Assembly (NCBI GenBank): GCA_051294375.1
Contig: CM119269.1
Location: 1,069,037 to 1,133,036, forward strand
Length of the DNA: 64,000 bases
Origin: Paraspadella gotoi
Taxonomy: Eukaryota > Animalia > Chaetognatha
Direction: 5' to 3'
Shown here piece after piece: positions 24,974-37,313 of the stretch. The notes beneath the pieces were generated by a model. It was given only the letters and a program-made list of their open reading frames with translations, did no database searches and was not told the DNA's origin. Position numbers and translations under genes: made by a program. Position 1 is the first letter of the stretch. Each line of letters starts with the position of its first letter.

Positions 24974-27099
24974 AAAAAATCAATGCAGACCGCTTCCCCC
25001 CCTTTCTGGCCTTCCGCCCCCCTCCCGCCCCCTTCTACCCCCCTCCGCTGTATTCAGCAATTTTTACCCATTTTCGCCATTTCTCTTTTTCCCATTATTC
25101 AGCCTTTTTTCGTGTTTTATTCGTGGCTTTTATACATCGTCGTCGTCGTCGTCGTCGTCGTCGTCGGTCGTTACCTTGTCGTCTCATCGTCGTCGTTTAT
25201 TCAGATTTCGATAGAAATTCGCCTCAGATGAAAACACAGGAAGTTTTTTTTTTTAACCGACAACGAAGGTGGAAGGGATCGATCTTTCAGTTCGGAGTAT
25301 CGAATCAATCCTTCGGTCTAAGTCATTAGCCATGGTTTGGGTCTGGGGAGGATGGGGAAATAGAGAGAACGGGTGGGTTGAAGCACCTCCATTCTCCCAT
25401 TTTGGGAGGATCGCAAAACCGTTGGGTATGTTAAAGTAAGATGAAACCCTTTGCTTTTTAAATTTCACTTTTTTCCCTTTTTTCTCCGACTATCACTCTC
25501 TCCCTTCTTTTTTCATAATCTTTTCCCGGTATTAATATTGAATGAAGCAGAATTCTCGCTCGCGCTCGGGCAACCCTCGTTTTGGGTCGCTGCCTGGGGC
25601 GCGGCCACTTGCCGCAGCTCGCCGCACCTACCCGGCCCATGGGCGAAAACCGTCCGCCTGATGTCGGCTCTCGACCCCATATTTCTTTATTTTGGTCGAT
25701 ATGTGATGACACCCCAAAGCACGCCGCTCGAGGAATCTGACGGATGCGCGGTCGCCGGTGTGTGGGTCGGTCGTGGATGGCGTGACAGGGAGTCGACGCC
25801 GGGGGGCGTTTCGCGCGTCATTTGTCCCACACCTCGATAAGTTCGCCCTTTATTAGGCGATGATTGAGAGAAACGGGGTGCGCCGGACCGCATTGACGTT
25901 CATTGCGTGTTATGTCGGGAACCGGGAGAAAATAAAACGGCGTTATAATAGTATGGAAACTTTCTTGTCGTTATGTTGTTTGTCCCCGTTCTCTCTCGCT
26001 CTCCAGTTTTGGACTTTTTTATTGACGAGGGATGGGAATCTTATTTGGGCGATCTATCGTCAGCTTGATTTGGTGGGCCTTTTTTTTTAGTGAGGGGGAG
26101 GCGAATCACGAAAAGGTTTTTTTTTCCTGACGTGGCGATCCAATGGAATCTGACGGAATCATTGGTTAAAATTGTTAGGGAAGAAACTATAAGTTTGGGG
26201 TGTATCGGAAGCTGAAGAAGATAAAGGGGGCGGGTCCAAGGGAAGTGAAAGAGATAAGTTTAAAAGTCGAAAAGCAGGCGAGTAATAGTAGGGCGGCGGG
26301 GAGAGTCAGTCGGGAGGAAAAGAGGCTTGGCACATCTAAGCAAGAGGTAGGCGTCGGGCGTCTGGAGGAACTGGTCACGACTTGGAAAGAGGAGAATGAC
26401 GACGGTCGAGGGAGAAGGGCGGTAAGTTGGGATTGTGAAGGAAGGGAAGGATGGGGAGTGATAGTCGGCGGGTTGAAAGGAGAGGGAGGGGAGTAAGATT
26501 CCAGGTTGAACGCGAGAAGAGAGGAGAAAGGGTGATAAAGTAAAAATTTCTCTGAGTGCGAGGAATCGGGAGGAAAGGCGACGGGTTTCCGCTCGATGCG
26601 AAGAGTAAATCAAACGAGGCCAATTTTTCGAGCGAGGTCGACTTGGTCGAATGGCGCACTCGGCATCTCTCTCTCTCTCTTCCCTTTCCCGGCTTAAATA
26701 ATAACAAGCGTGAATAATTAATGATCTGTAAGGGTCTTATTTGATGAAGAGGCGAGGCAGAGAAAAAGTATTAACTCTGAAACGGAGGTTTCTGCGCAGG
26801 AGAGTCTGAGAACATTTTCTTTTTTCCTCTAACCTAAACATTTATTACTTGTTTGTTGTTGTATCATGAAATGAACCTAATTGCTGGCCGGTAGGCGCAG
26901 GAATTCGAAAGGTGTAGCGAGTTAAAACGGTATATTAATATGCAAATAAGGCACGAAAATCATACGGTATTAAAACAGTAGGGGTAATAACAAGTTTAAA
27001 AGACATAATTAATAAATCAGGTTATTTAAAAAAGAGAGAAAAAGTTTAAAAAAAATATTAAAATCGTGCGGGTCGCAAGTAAAATAATAACCTCTACTG

Positions 27100-30000
27100 G
27101 GTTTGACAACGGTTTGGCCCGTCTAGTATAAAAGAATGCATATGCGACCTTCTACATACCTACGGACACACGGGCGGTTTCCTCTGGCTCGCGCGGAAAC
27201 GCGCGGTAAATAGAGGTAAATTATCTTCTCCACTTCTCGGACGGTATGGTCCAGGCCCGCCAATCCAGACGGAAGGGGGAAGAAGCTTGCATTTTGCGAT
27301 CCAAAAGCGGAAGGGGAACCGGGCGCGGCCGCAACCACGATACACCCCGCTCCCGCAAGCAGACGCCTTGCGGAGCCGGGGCGCGAGGACAGTTCAGTAA
27401 GAGGACGCCGTGACTGATGAGGGCGGCATTCAGAGCTCTGATCTAGTTGAGTGAAGAGTAAGTGAGTTAGTGCTGCGGTCCAACCTTAACCCGTCTCCGA
27501 AGCGCCGTCCTGGTTGCCTTGGATCACGCCAACTGGACAGGGGAGAGAAGGAGAGGCTAAAGTGGATACGGAGGGCTTCAAAAGAGATCATTAAGGAAGG
27601 GAACAATTCCCGCCGTCCATCACAGGAACCACTGGGTCTCCACAGAAATGAGTCTCTGCTCAATCCGACAAACAGATCCAACTCAGAATAAGAATCAATC
27701 ATTAAATCAAATAAAAGCGACGATCAGCTCGCGCTAAAGTCCAAATCCATACGCAAAAATCTATTCGACTAATCATAATCCGGTCAAGATTAACAATCTA
27801 AATCAAGATTATAAATTCAAATCAGAGCAGCTGGAACGGATGCCGAATCAATACAACAAGCACTATCATGAGCATGCGCAGAGCATTTTAGAGTAATCAT
27901 CTACGAGCCGGGGTCGACGAACATCCGTAGTTGCCCGGGGCTGATAGCAGAATCAGTTGATCAGGGGAGGCGAGGTTCGGCTTCTCGGGATCGTCGCACG
28001 AGCGGCGATCCGGTGGAGGGCGGGAGGGGCAATCAGCCCTCAACTGCCACGTCGTTGGATGTGGGGGCTCCCTCCAATCTGCTGACCGCCAGGAGCATCA
28101 GTCTGAGGATGCTAATTAGCGTGACTGGTTCCCGGATATTCATGTCATCAAGGACAGCTGCTATTAGCCTTTGGGCATTTTCGTTGCCACAGCGTCATCA
28201 CCATCAGCTCGAAAAGAAGGCAAACCAAACCCGTAACGAGTCACGGGTGAAGGGCGCCTCTGCCTAAAGCGGATAGCGAAACAATGCACTCTCCGGACAA
28301 TTCCGTCAAGCAGGCTCGTCTCTTCAACTATGCGCATATGTCCAGGCGTCTCTCGCGACAATCTCGTTCACAAAACGAGTACAAGCATCTCCCAATAGAG
28401 AGATTGTGCGCCCGCGACATCCAATTTCCTGGCCGTTTCTGCAAATCTCGGAGATACTCAATACGCCATCTGCTTCAGAAGGAATCGACGAAGAGCTCTG
28501 GCGACTGGTTCATATAGTCTTTCTATAGGGCATGCACCTGACTTCGCCTGGTGGAACCAATCTCCGAGGATGAGAGAGCAGGAACGTTAGGATGGAGAAA
28601 GTCATTAGGTGTAGAGCCCAACGTGTCGCTAGGGATCCGTCCGATGAGTGTCCCCATAGTGATAGGATCGCCGGGTTGAGGATGCCGACGCGACCACAGC
28701 TCGAACATAAGGGTGGTATTGAACACCGTCAGGCCGCAGATCATGGAAACCTCTTAACCGATCAAGAGGCAACCACATGCCCTCCTGTACATGACCTCAA
28801 CCTCAGATCCCACACTCCACACTGGTGCGGTGAGCATGAGGTGGTCGCTAGTTAAAGCGGCCACAAAAACCGCTGGGTTGCAAGTGCTGGCCGTCTGCAA
28901 ACAAGCCTGACGCTTCTCAATACTCTTCCTGTCAACGTCCACACCAGGCGGATGCGGCCCCTTGAAAGTGTTGTGGCGCAATCAGAAACATGTTTGACGG
29001 GGACGTCCTCTGGCTGCAGTCGGCGTTACAAGCCCGGCGGCAGCAACGCCAGAGATGGAACTGTCCGTCTCGCAAGGTTCAACGCCTCAAGTGAACAGCG
29101 CGAGTCCGGAGACAAGTGACGAAAGCCTGCCACCAGCATCTTTGTCAGCTGCTGACGACACGCCAATCGACAACCGGTAAATGGGAACGCAAATGGTCTA
29201 CACCGGTAGAGAGGAATTGGGAGGGGGGCGGATGGCCTCGGTGTCACACGATCGGTCGAAGCGGTGCATTTATCCTGGTCAAGGGTTGCGCTCGGCATCT
29301 TTCGGCAATGAAAACAATGCCTCTCAAGTTATCTGGGTGCAGAGCGCGCCCTAATGATCAGAACTTAGACCGAAGGTTGAGCCAGTGGCCTCCACCCAAT
29401 CCATGCGCCAATCTTCATGATACTTCTGAATAGGTTCCTTGACAAGATGGTGGGACGACTGGGAGCAATGGGTGCTAGTCTGGATACTCCTCGTCCGCTC
29501 TGTGTCAAGTCTGCCCCACCCTAAGGGGTGCCGCATCATCCAACAAGGGTCAAGCTTTCTCAGAGGCGAATTCCCCGATCGGAAGCTTCGGTCCTCGGCA
29601 TCTCGTCCGAAATCGCCCAAACGCTTCAATTCTGCAGAGAATGAACTGCTGCTGCAATAACCGGACCAGGTCACCTCAGCACGCTCAAGGAGATCAGAGT
29701 ATGCGAGGAACCTTGAAGAGGTGTCCGAAACGCTGCAAGATTGAAATGCGTCGAACCCGCTCGTTTTCCATGTTGAAACATTCCTCAAAGAGCGGTCAAC
29801 AAAGTCCATCTTCACAAGCATAGTAACATTAATTGTACTTCTGGCACGACAGGTAACTTTCTTCGGGCTCTGGGCGTCAATACTGCTGCCCTGGCCAGCA
29901 CTCGGGCAACTCTCGAGAAACTGGGACCTGATGGAGTTGGTCCCCACTTCTCTTCTCATGCAGCCCTCAAGACCCCTGGAACAACATGTCAGCTGGATTA

Positions 30001-33000
30001 ATCCGTGGGACATATCGTCCACTGATCAGCTGCGGCCCTTCCGGCAGGATTCTTTTGTGACGCAGATTCGCATAGAAAAGCCTTAAAACGTCTCTGTATT
30101 GGCGAATCTGTTTCAGGACTGCCACCACTTGAGAATCCGGACCACAGAGTCACTGATCTGCTTCTTCATCGAGTTCTTGTTTCTAGCAGACTGTAGAGGT
30201 GGCAACCGCCACCCTGCGCAGCAGTCAATTCAAGACGCGGGAGTGTCTCCTACAGCCTTGTTTCTCTGATTAGATGGGTGCCAGTAGCCCTCGATCGCGA
30301 GTCACAAACACATATGGACTTTGGCCAGTGACACTCACAAAGCGAAGATAAGCACCGCACCATAATCTTCCATGGAGGCACACCAAACCAGGCTGGGCTG
30401 GCCTGTCAGCAACCACTCCAAACTCGGATGGGAAGATGGTATCTCCTGAGCCTTAATTTTTCCAATCTGGGCACGGAGAGCTCCCATTCGCATGAACAAA
30501 TCTAACTCATCTTGGGCCAGGATCATCCCCATATTGCACCCTTCTCACACATGAGCGCTGGGAAGTATACGCTTTTGGCAAAAAGAGGCAGGAAGGACGA
30601 TTCTAGAGGTCATACAGGGATGCACCACACCCATCGAACTGCCTCTAGTCCTCAACTTCTCACCCCCTCCTAAAGGGTGATCCACCTTAAAGCCAAATCA
30701 TCTTGCCTGATCATTAAGCTAACGCCAAGGGCCTTTTGTCCCATCAAGCTCATCAGGATTCCTTCACCTCTTCAGGGTATGATGGCCCACAATCTCCAAT
30801 CGCCTGCCGACCTCAGGGGTCATCGATCGCCATTGTGTGGGAGTTGAAACCCACCAGGCGGGCAAACGAACTCCTGCAGGTTCCAATGTGAGCTTCTTTT
30901 AGCATCTTCAAACCAGAATGCCTATTCGACCATGTTCATAATGTCCATTCCGGACAGAATACAAGTCCGCTTACTGCGCGTCAATCGGGTCGACAGGGAT
31001 GGTATTTGTCACGACGTAGCGGTAGGCCAGGTAGCTTAACCACAAATGCACAGCAGATGGGAAGGGCTTTAAACCGAACACAGGTCAGAGGACTTGTGAG
31101 GGTCCAAGGGCTCGAAAAGGGAGACCTCAAAATCACGCTCAAAGGCAAACCTCAAGCTCCCTGTGCGGGGAAGGTGGAAACCCTCACTCTGATGAAGAAA
31201 CCTTGTTTCAACCGCTAGGATGGCCCGGCTCAGCACTATAGGCTTTTTTCCCGATAAGCGCAGCCCACATGATGCGGATATATAAACGATTGCTCGTTCA
31301 CAGTCCCGTCGCGGGAATGCGCGTTGAGAGGTCGGGCACCTGGCCGGCCCATGCTGGATTGGACCGTGCCATGAGCTGACTATTCAAACTTACTCTCTTA
31401 CTTCGAGCATTTAGCATCATGGGCAATTCCTGACCTTCCCAGGCTTATTCAATCTCCTACGAACGAAGGCATATGGGCATTGTCCAGATTGGCTGAAGAG
31501 GATCAATGAAAAACTTCTGAGATCTCAGAGGACGACTCTTCATCAAACCGACTCTTTGACAATCCCATCACTATGTCAAAGGCTCACAGAGGATCGCGAA
31601 GGCATTAGGGGTCAAATGGGCTTTTTTTGATTCTTCGCTCTCTTAATAGCGCAATGCACGGATGGTCAACCTTAGAAGGTTTCATCCGCAGGAGAGCTTT
31701 AGGGCCCCTTTCCATATGGGGAGAGGGCACCGAAAATGCCCATCACCATTTCAACATTGATTGCCTGAAGACTTCTTCAGCTGCCAAATCATCTCTAGAA
31801 TCGACACCATTCCTGTCTCATGAGCCAACAGGTTCACCAAATCCACCAGCTCTGAGCAACAGAGACTGTCTGCAACCACGGTCGAGAAAACAGCTTTCCC
31901 TGACTCCAGAATCACATTGTCCAGCAGCGTGATAATGGCTGGACAAAAAGACAGGCTGAGCCGGGAGAGGTTTAGAGGCTCGACCAGAGGTAAACAGTCC
32001 AAGCCTCCAGATCAGCGCGTCTTCAGCGCTGTCAGGCCGACTTGGCTCCATGCTGACACAGAGGTAAGAGGGCTGCGGATACAGCTGCCGGGCCTTTATC
32101 GGTCAGGTTGCAAGCCGGAAGTCCATATACAGCGCGAGCCTTCATCAGCACCCCATGAATTCGCGCTGGCGATTCTGAACATCCTCAACAGCAGAAGAGC
32201 TGGAGGATTCATACTCTCTGCTCACACAAATGTTAGGGTTTGAATCTATCTAGCTCACGACAACGTAGGCGAGCAGAGCCATCGGATTGTCCATTGTCAG
32301 GCGTAAGTTGGTGCGACATAGTATGTGTGCCAAAAATCGCCACTCGCCATGATCACAATCATCTCATTCTGTCACGTCATAAAGGCCACCTCATGGACAG
32401 ATGCGGAAACTTAGTTAAATCTATCTTAGGAATTGAACTCCGATCGGCCTGCTGGTTATATCACATGCCAACGACGTAAGGAATGCCACATACCTCACGT
32501 GTAAGCATCTATTGGATTCCAAAGTAGATCAACCTGATACTCTTTCCTCCACAGCTGTGGAGGCCAGAGTCGCACTTGCATCTCCACAGTGAAGTGCTTT
32601 CAAATGCAACGTCCTCACCAACCTTCATACTGCGAGACAGAAAGGGTAGCGGGAGTTTAATGCCGCAGATATCCAACAATGAGGTAAACTTCAAGTTAGC
32701 TGTCGAGACCGTTGACCACGAACCGCTACGTCGCTATTCGGACGAATAATGCTGGAGATGAAGCCAACCGTGGCGGTGCGTCCTAGAGACCTGGGGCGGG
32801 TTGAGCATCAAACGGAAGGAGCTCGTGTGGATGTAGATCTGATTCGCGAAGGTAACATCTGCACATCGTCCTTGGGAACACGGCAATGCTGGTCGCCACG
32901 TGTGTCGCTGCGAGCCGCAGAACATCGCGAGCTACGCAGCCGTCGTCCATGTGCTCCGACATCTGGGAAACTCGTGTCAGACACGATTTTGATTTGAACA

Positions 33001-33597
33001 AAGGAGACATCAATAATATTGGTGATTCATGTTTCTTTACATACTGTGACAGAGGTACACGGAATCTTCCCCATCAATTTGGCCACAAGCAGTGGAATTC
33101 AGTCAATGCGCAAGGTGTATTGCTGAATGGGGCCGGTTTGAATCTTTGCTCTCTCGCAACTGTTTTCCCTGACTGCGTCGCTGGCTTTAGGGTCCCACGG
33201 CTGTCTTAATCTACCTTAAGCCACCTAGCAGTTTGGCTGAAAAAGATGCTTGGGCTCGCTTTGGGGACTATCCCAGCAGGTGTACAGGAGTGTTTGATCA
33301 GTTTGAGCAGTTAGAGCAGCAGCCCTTGGCCTTGCAGATGGGGGCTGCTGGGCTTTGCAACGCTTTTACGTTGACGCCAAAAGGAGCATTCCTATCGTCG
33401 AAAGCTCCTGTCATGATAGAGAAAGGAAAGTAAAAGCAGCAAACCCAGCTATAACGATTCAACCTGTGACGTATTCTATGGTGATACTTGTTCGCTTAGG
33501 ACACGAAACACCAGCATCTCTATGAAGGGGACGCTGTGTAGTCTTTCGATGATTTCTCCGGCAGACGTCTAATGGAATCAAACTCTTATATCATGCA
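27100..33597 (-). mobile_element. Bel/Pao-superfamily LTR retrotransposon, gag-pol heavily frameshifted, 5' end missing; left boundary approximate
   Basis: Abrupt shift to microsatellite-free, more GC-balanced sequence. Minus-strand motifs occur in Bel/Pao order: Zn-knuckle-like KAKGCCSNC (~33300-33340); protease-like MF.GSQR (~32900-32925); RT-like SLNA..G / LR...KPIVL / FHQ..V / LRFA (~31140-31340); RNase H region ASMEDYGAV (~30355-30380), TLPRLELTAA (30217-30246) and NPAD..SRG (~29975-30005); SPLRKLDP...GRL and HHLV...IQKYH (~29410-29570); integrase PF..TGVD, SD.AT.F and G.WE-like (~28800-29190); DUF5641-like F*SRWRIEYLRDLQ (28438-28490) and IVEE....DGIVRRV (~28285-28330). Confidence 0.92.
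27341..27356 (-). promoter_or_regulatory. Candidate polypurine tract and TG start of the Bel/Pao 3' LTR
   Basis: Minus strand reads GCGGGAGCGGGG-TGTATCG, a G-rich tract directly followed by TGT, downstream of the integrase region. The LTR end could not be located. Confidence 0.5.
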
Positions 33598-34114
33598 TGA
33601 AGGATATTGTACTTGTCTCAATTTATTTCCACTCAAAGAACCGAAGTATCTGATTCTCAGTCGATCCGAGATTAAAAATGTTCACGAAACTTTTCGGCTG
33701 GCTAATGCGGGAGTTCAAAAAAAAATCATTTTGAAATTTGATGATTTTAGAAGGATATTACTACAAAGAAAATAGATTTTTACTAAACTGTTAATAAAAA
33801 TTTTTAAAGGATTTCAAAAATTTAAAGGCAAATAATGTTTCAATCGCTTCAATCTTTTCATCACTTCAAACGAGTCCCTCGATTTCCCCCCAAAATTATG
33901 ATAACCCCTACCAGGTCCCCGATGCCCCCGTCTCTAACCCCCCCCCCACCCCCGCACTTTCCCGTTCCCCCTTTCCCTCGATCCCTTTTTAGAGACGGGG
34001 AGATTATTTCATCTCCCATTTGCCTCCGACGAAGCTTCGACTAAAAAAAAAAAAAAATCCCCGACGCCGAAGTGGGGATCGAAAACTTGATCCCAAAGAT
34101 TCGAGCGGAGATTT

Positions 34115-34168
<54 letters not shown>

Positions 34169-35590
34169 GTCTCTCTCTCTCTTCTCCGCCGTCTTTTTGA
34201 ATGGAGTTTCTAGCAAAGTCAGTGATGGCATCTTTTTAATGGGCTCCCTGATTGACTCGCCCGGTGGAGCCGGAGTTATTTTTTTTCTCTCTGATATATT
34301 TCTTTTTGAAAGAAGCAAGGTCTTTTTTCTTTGACTGGGTAAATTATCTCGGATTGGCGAACTTAGAACGGAAAAGAGCAAGAACGTGTAATTTAAAAGC
34401 AGCTTAATTTAATAAAAATCAGGATAAAGCATCATAAGCGAAAAATATTCGTTAAAAAAAACTTTTTTATGATTTTTTTTTCTTTCGTTTCATCGAAGTT
34501 TTCTCGTCTGACTGAACAAACTGACCCTCAACGGAATTTGAAAAATGGATATTCTGACCGAAAAGATCTTTGAGCATATTTGAAAAATCGTATTTTCCGG
34601 ATGATAAAACCCGATGGCATCCTTTCTCTCTGTCTTCGCCGGGTCCCCTTTAAAGTCCAGGTCAATGTTCCCTTTAATGCCTCCATTAATCTGCCCTTTA
34701 TTGTCTTGTCAATGCTCCTTCTCCCTTCCGCCCTTTCATCTATGGTCTTCTTAAACTGCCGACAACGAAGCCCCTCTTAATCCTTGCTTTTTTATCTGCT
34801 CAACGGAGATTGAACGTATTATAAATCTATGTGCATTTAGTATAATCTAAGACTAAGGATATATAATCTTCGTAACACCTACTTTCCATTTTGGGGTCTT
34901 CAGTGAGTTCAGTTCAGCTCAGTTCAGTTCAGTTCAGTTCAGTTCAGTTCAGTTCAGTCAGTTCAGAAATGTTAAAATTACAACATGTTCTTTTTATAGA
35001 CTGATAACGTTTCCCAATAAGTCTTTAATTAACCTTTTTAATGTTCACCAGCTTAATGTCCTTAGGATTGGATTTTCCATCAATTTATACATCCTTATCG
35101 ACTAAGGAAAAAGCAAAGGACACATGAATTTTCTACACCAAAGGCCTTGAGTTCCGTCCCCGATGTTAACTACTCTGGTTTTCGATTTGATTTAAGGTCA
35201 CGGGATTTTATCATTTATTGAATTGAGGACAGAAAATAGTTCTTGCGAGAAGCGGTTGTTGTATTTTTCAATACCTTAACGATATAAACAGGAATAAAAA
35301 GAGCAACAACGACGACGACGACGACGACGAGACAGCCAAGATTCCCGGCCTGCAAATGACAAGGGCTGACCCTCCCATAAACGAAGGTCGAGCGCCCCCT
35401 GCCCTCAAAATACGCAGTAATTCATTCCTTTTTTTACGAATAAACAAAAATATATGAAAAGAAAATCAATTTTCTCTTTGCGACGCCAACTCNNNNNNNN
35501 NNNNNNNNNNNNNNNNNTTTCAAGTTTGTTTTCTCTCTCTATTGATTGTCCTTGCGCCCCTCCCTTCTTAAAAAGAGAGAGAGAGAGAGA
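33598..35590 (+). repeat. Direct ~2-kb duplicate of 22978-24965
   Basis: Begins gaaggatattgtacttgtctc and is collinear. The same 69-aa pseudo-ORF appears at 23214 and 33835. Divergence is indel-dominated. Confidence 0.96.
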
Positions 35591-37313
35591 GAGAAATCTC
35601 CGCTCGCAATCTTTGGGATCAAGTTTTCGATCCCACTTCGGCGTCGGGGATTTTTTTTTTTTTTAGTCGAAGCTTCGTCGGAGGCAAATGGAGATGAAAT
35701 AATCTCCCCGTCTCTAAAAAGGGAATCGGAGGGAAAGGGGGAACGGGAAAGTGCGGGGGGGGGGGGGGGTTAGAGACGGGGGGCATCGGGGACCTGGTAG
35801 GTTATCATATTTGGGGGGAAATCGAGGACTCGGTTTGAAGTGGATGAACAAGATTTGAGCGATTGAACCATCATTTTTGCCTTTAAATTTTTAAATCCTT
35901 AAAATTTTATTAACATTTAGTAAAAACTATTTTCTTTGTAGTAATGATCCTTCTAAAATCATCAAATTTCAAAATGATTTTTTTTTTTGAACTCCCGCAT
36001 TACCACGAAAAGATTTCGTGAACATTTTTAATCTCGGATCGGACTGAGAATCAGATAGTTCGGTTCTTTTGAGTGGAAATAAATTGAGACAAGTAACAAT
36101 ATCCTTCAAACGAACGAATTGACGGAATGAAGCTCGTGTGTTTTTAAATTTGCGCCGCGAGTACCCGCGGAGCCAACTCCTATAAAGTCGGTCGGTCTGC
36201 CGGTCGGTCGGGTCTGCCGGTCGTTCGGTCGTCGGTATGTCTCGCTGCGGTCTGTACTAGCTTTCGTTAAAAATGCATAATATTTGCCTATAGTTGGTTG
36301 CTCATTTGTTAAGACAGAAAAAACACTCAAATTAAGGGACTGCGAGCGCCGCCTTCAGAAATTCCTAAAACTATAAGGAATAAAAAGATGGAATTTTATG
36401 GCAGTCATGTCATAACTATAGCGGGCTAGAGATTATTAAACAGTCATGTCATGAGAGCAGTCACTGCGGCGCAACACATTTGTTTATTACATTTTTTTTG
36501 TTTTTTTTTTGTTTGGTAATCCTTTTCTTTTTTTGGTTTGGATCGATATCTCTCCGCGACCAGCGCACAAAGCGATGGAAGAAAGTTCGATTAATTTTCC
36601 TGACCTTCCTCCCGCCATCTGGCGCGCGAGAGGGAACCCCACTGTCGTCGAGAATAAAACCAATTTCCCTTTCGCGTTTATTCATAAATAAAACCGTCGG
36701 CCCAGTTGCGATTTCGTCGCGCCCGATCGATTCCGAGTTAAAGCTCACTTCCGGTTTTGCGCCAGCTGCGTCGAGATGTCGCCAGCGTTTCACAGAAAAT
36801 TTATATAAACTTTGAAAAACAAAAGACTCGCGATTTCGTCCGTTAACAGTGGCTACGGAGTCGATTAAAACTTGAAGTCATCCTGCGCCAAGTTTTTATT
36901 AATAAAAAAAAAAAGACTTGTCAATATGTAATAATTAGAATCGTCAATACATATGAATTTTTCAAACCTTTATAAACCTAGGTGGCAAATAAAGAATAAC
37001 TAACAACGGTAATAATACAATCAAAACCAACGTATCTGACGAAAACTAAGGGACACAACTGCTTTTTTAATACCCGTCATCACAGGTCCTCTAATGCATC
37101 TTTGGGGGATCAGTGACTTCAGTGAAGACTGCGACTTTCTGAACTTTTGCTCCCTCGAAATCGCGATCAATCGATTCATGAGTCTTCTATCGACCTACAC
37201 TCCTTTTTCTTCTTTTTTTCTTTCTTTTTTTTTCCTCCTTTTTTTGCCCGCGTCCATTCAGGGTCGAAAAAAGCCGCCATGATAATATTCTTAATCACAG
37301 AGGGGAAAAAATA
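35591..37313 (-). repeat. Inverted duplicate of ~21755-23497; includes HINE copy E at ~36145-36485
   Basis: Reverse complement of 21755-23497, e.g. the ORF text NKREREIGF and NVINKCVAPQ at 22371/22393(+) recurs at 36461-36793(-). The junction lies in a (GA)n tract. Confidence 0.95.

Noticed and set aside
27100-33597. Bacterial contamination or endogenous RNA virus, suggested by the composition shift
   Set aside because: Motifs and their order match Bel/Pao pol.
22978-35590. The 2-kb direct repeats flanking the Bel/Pao element as its LTRs
   Set aside because: They contain host microsatellites and I found no PBS or TSD. The left copy is ~2 kb from the candidate PPT and continues seamlessly into host sequence.
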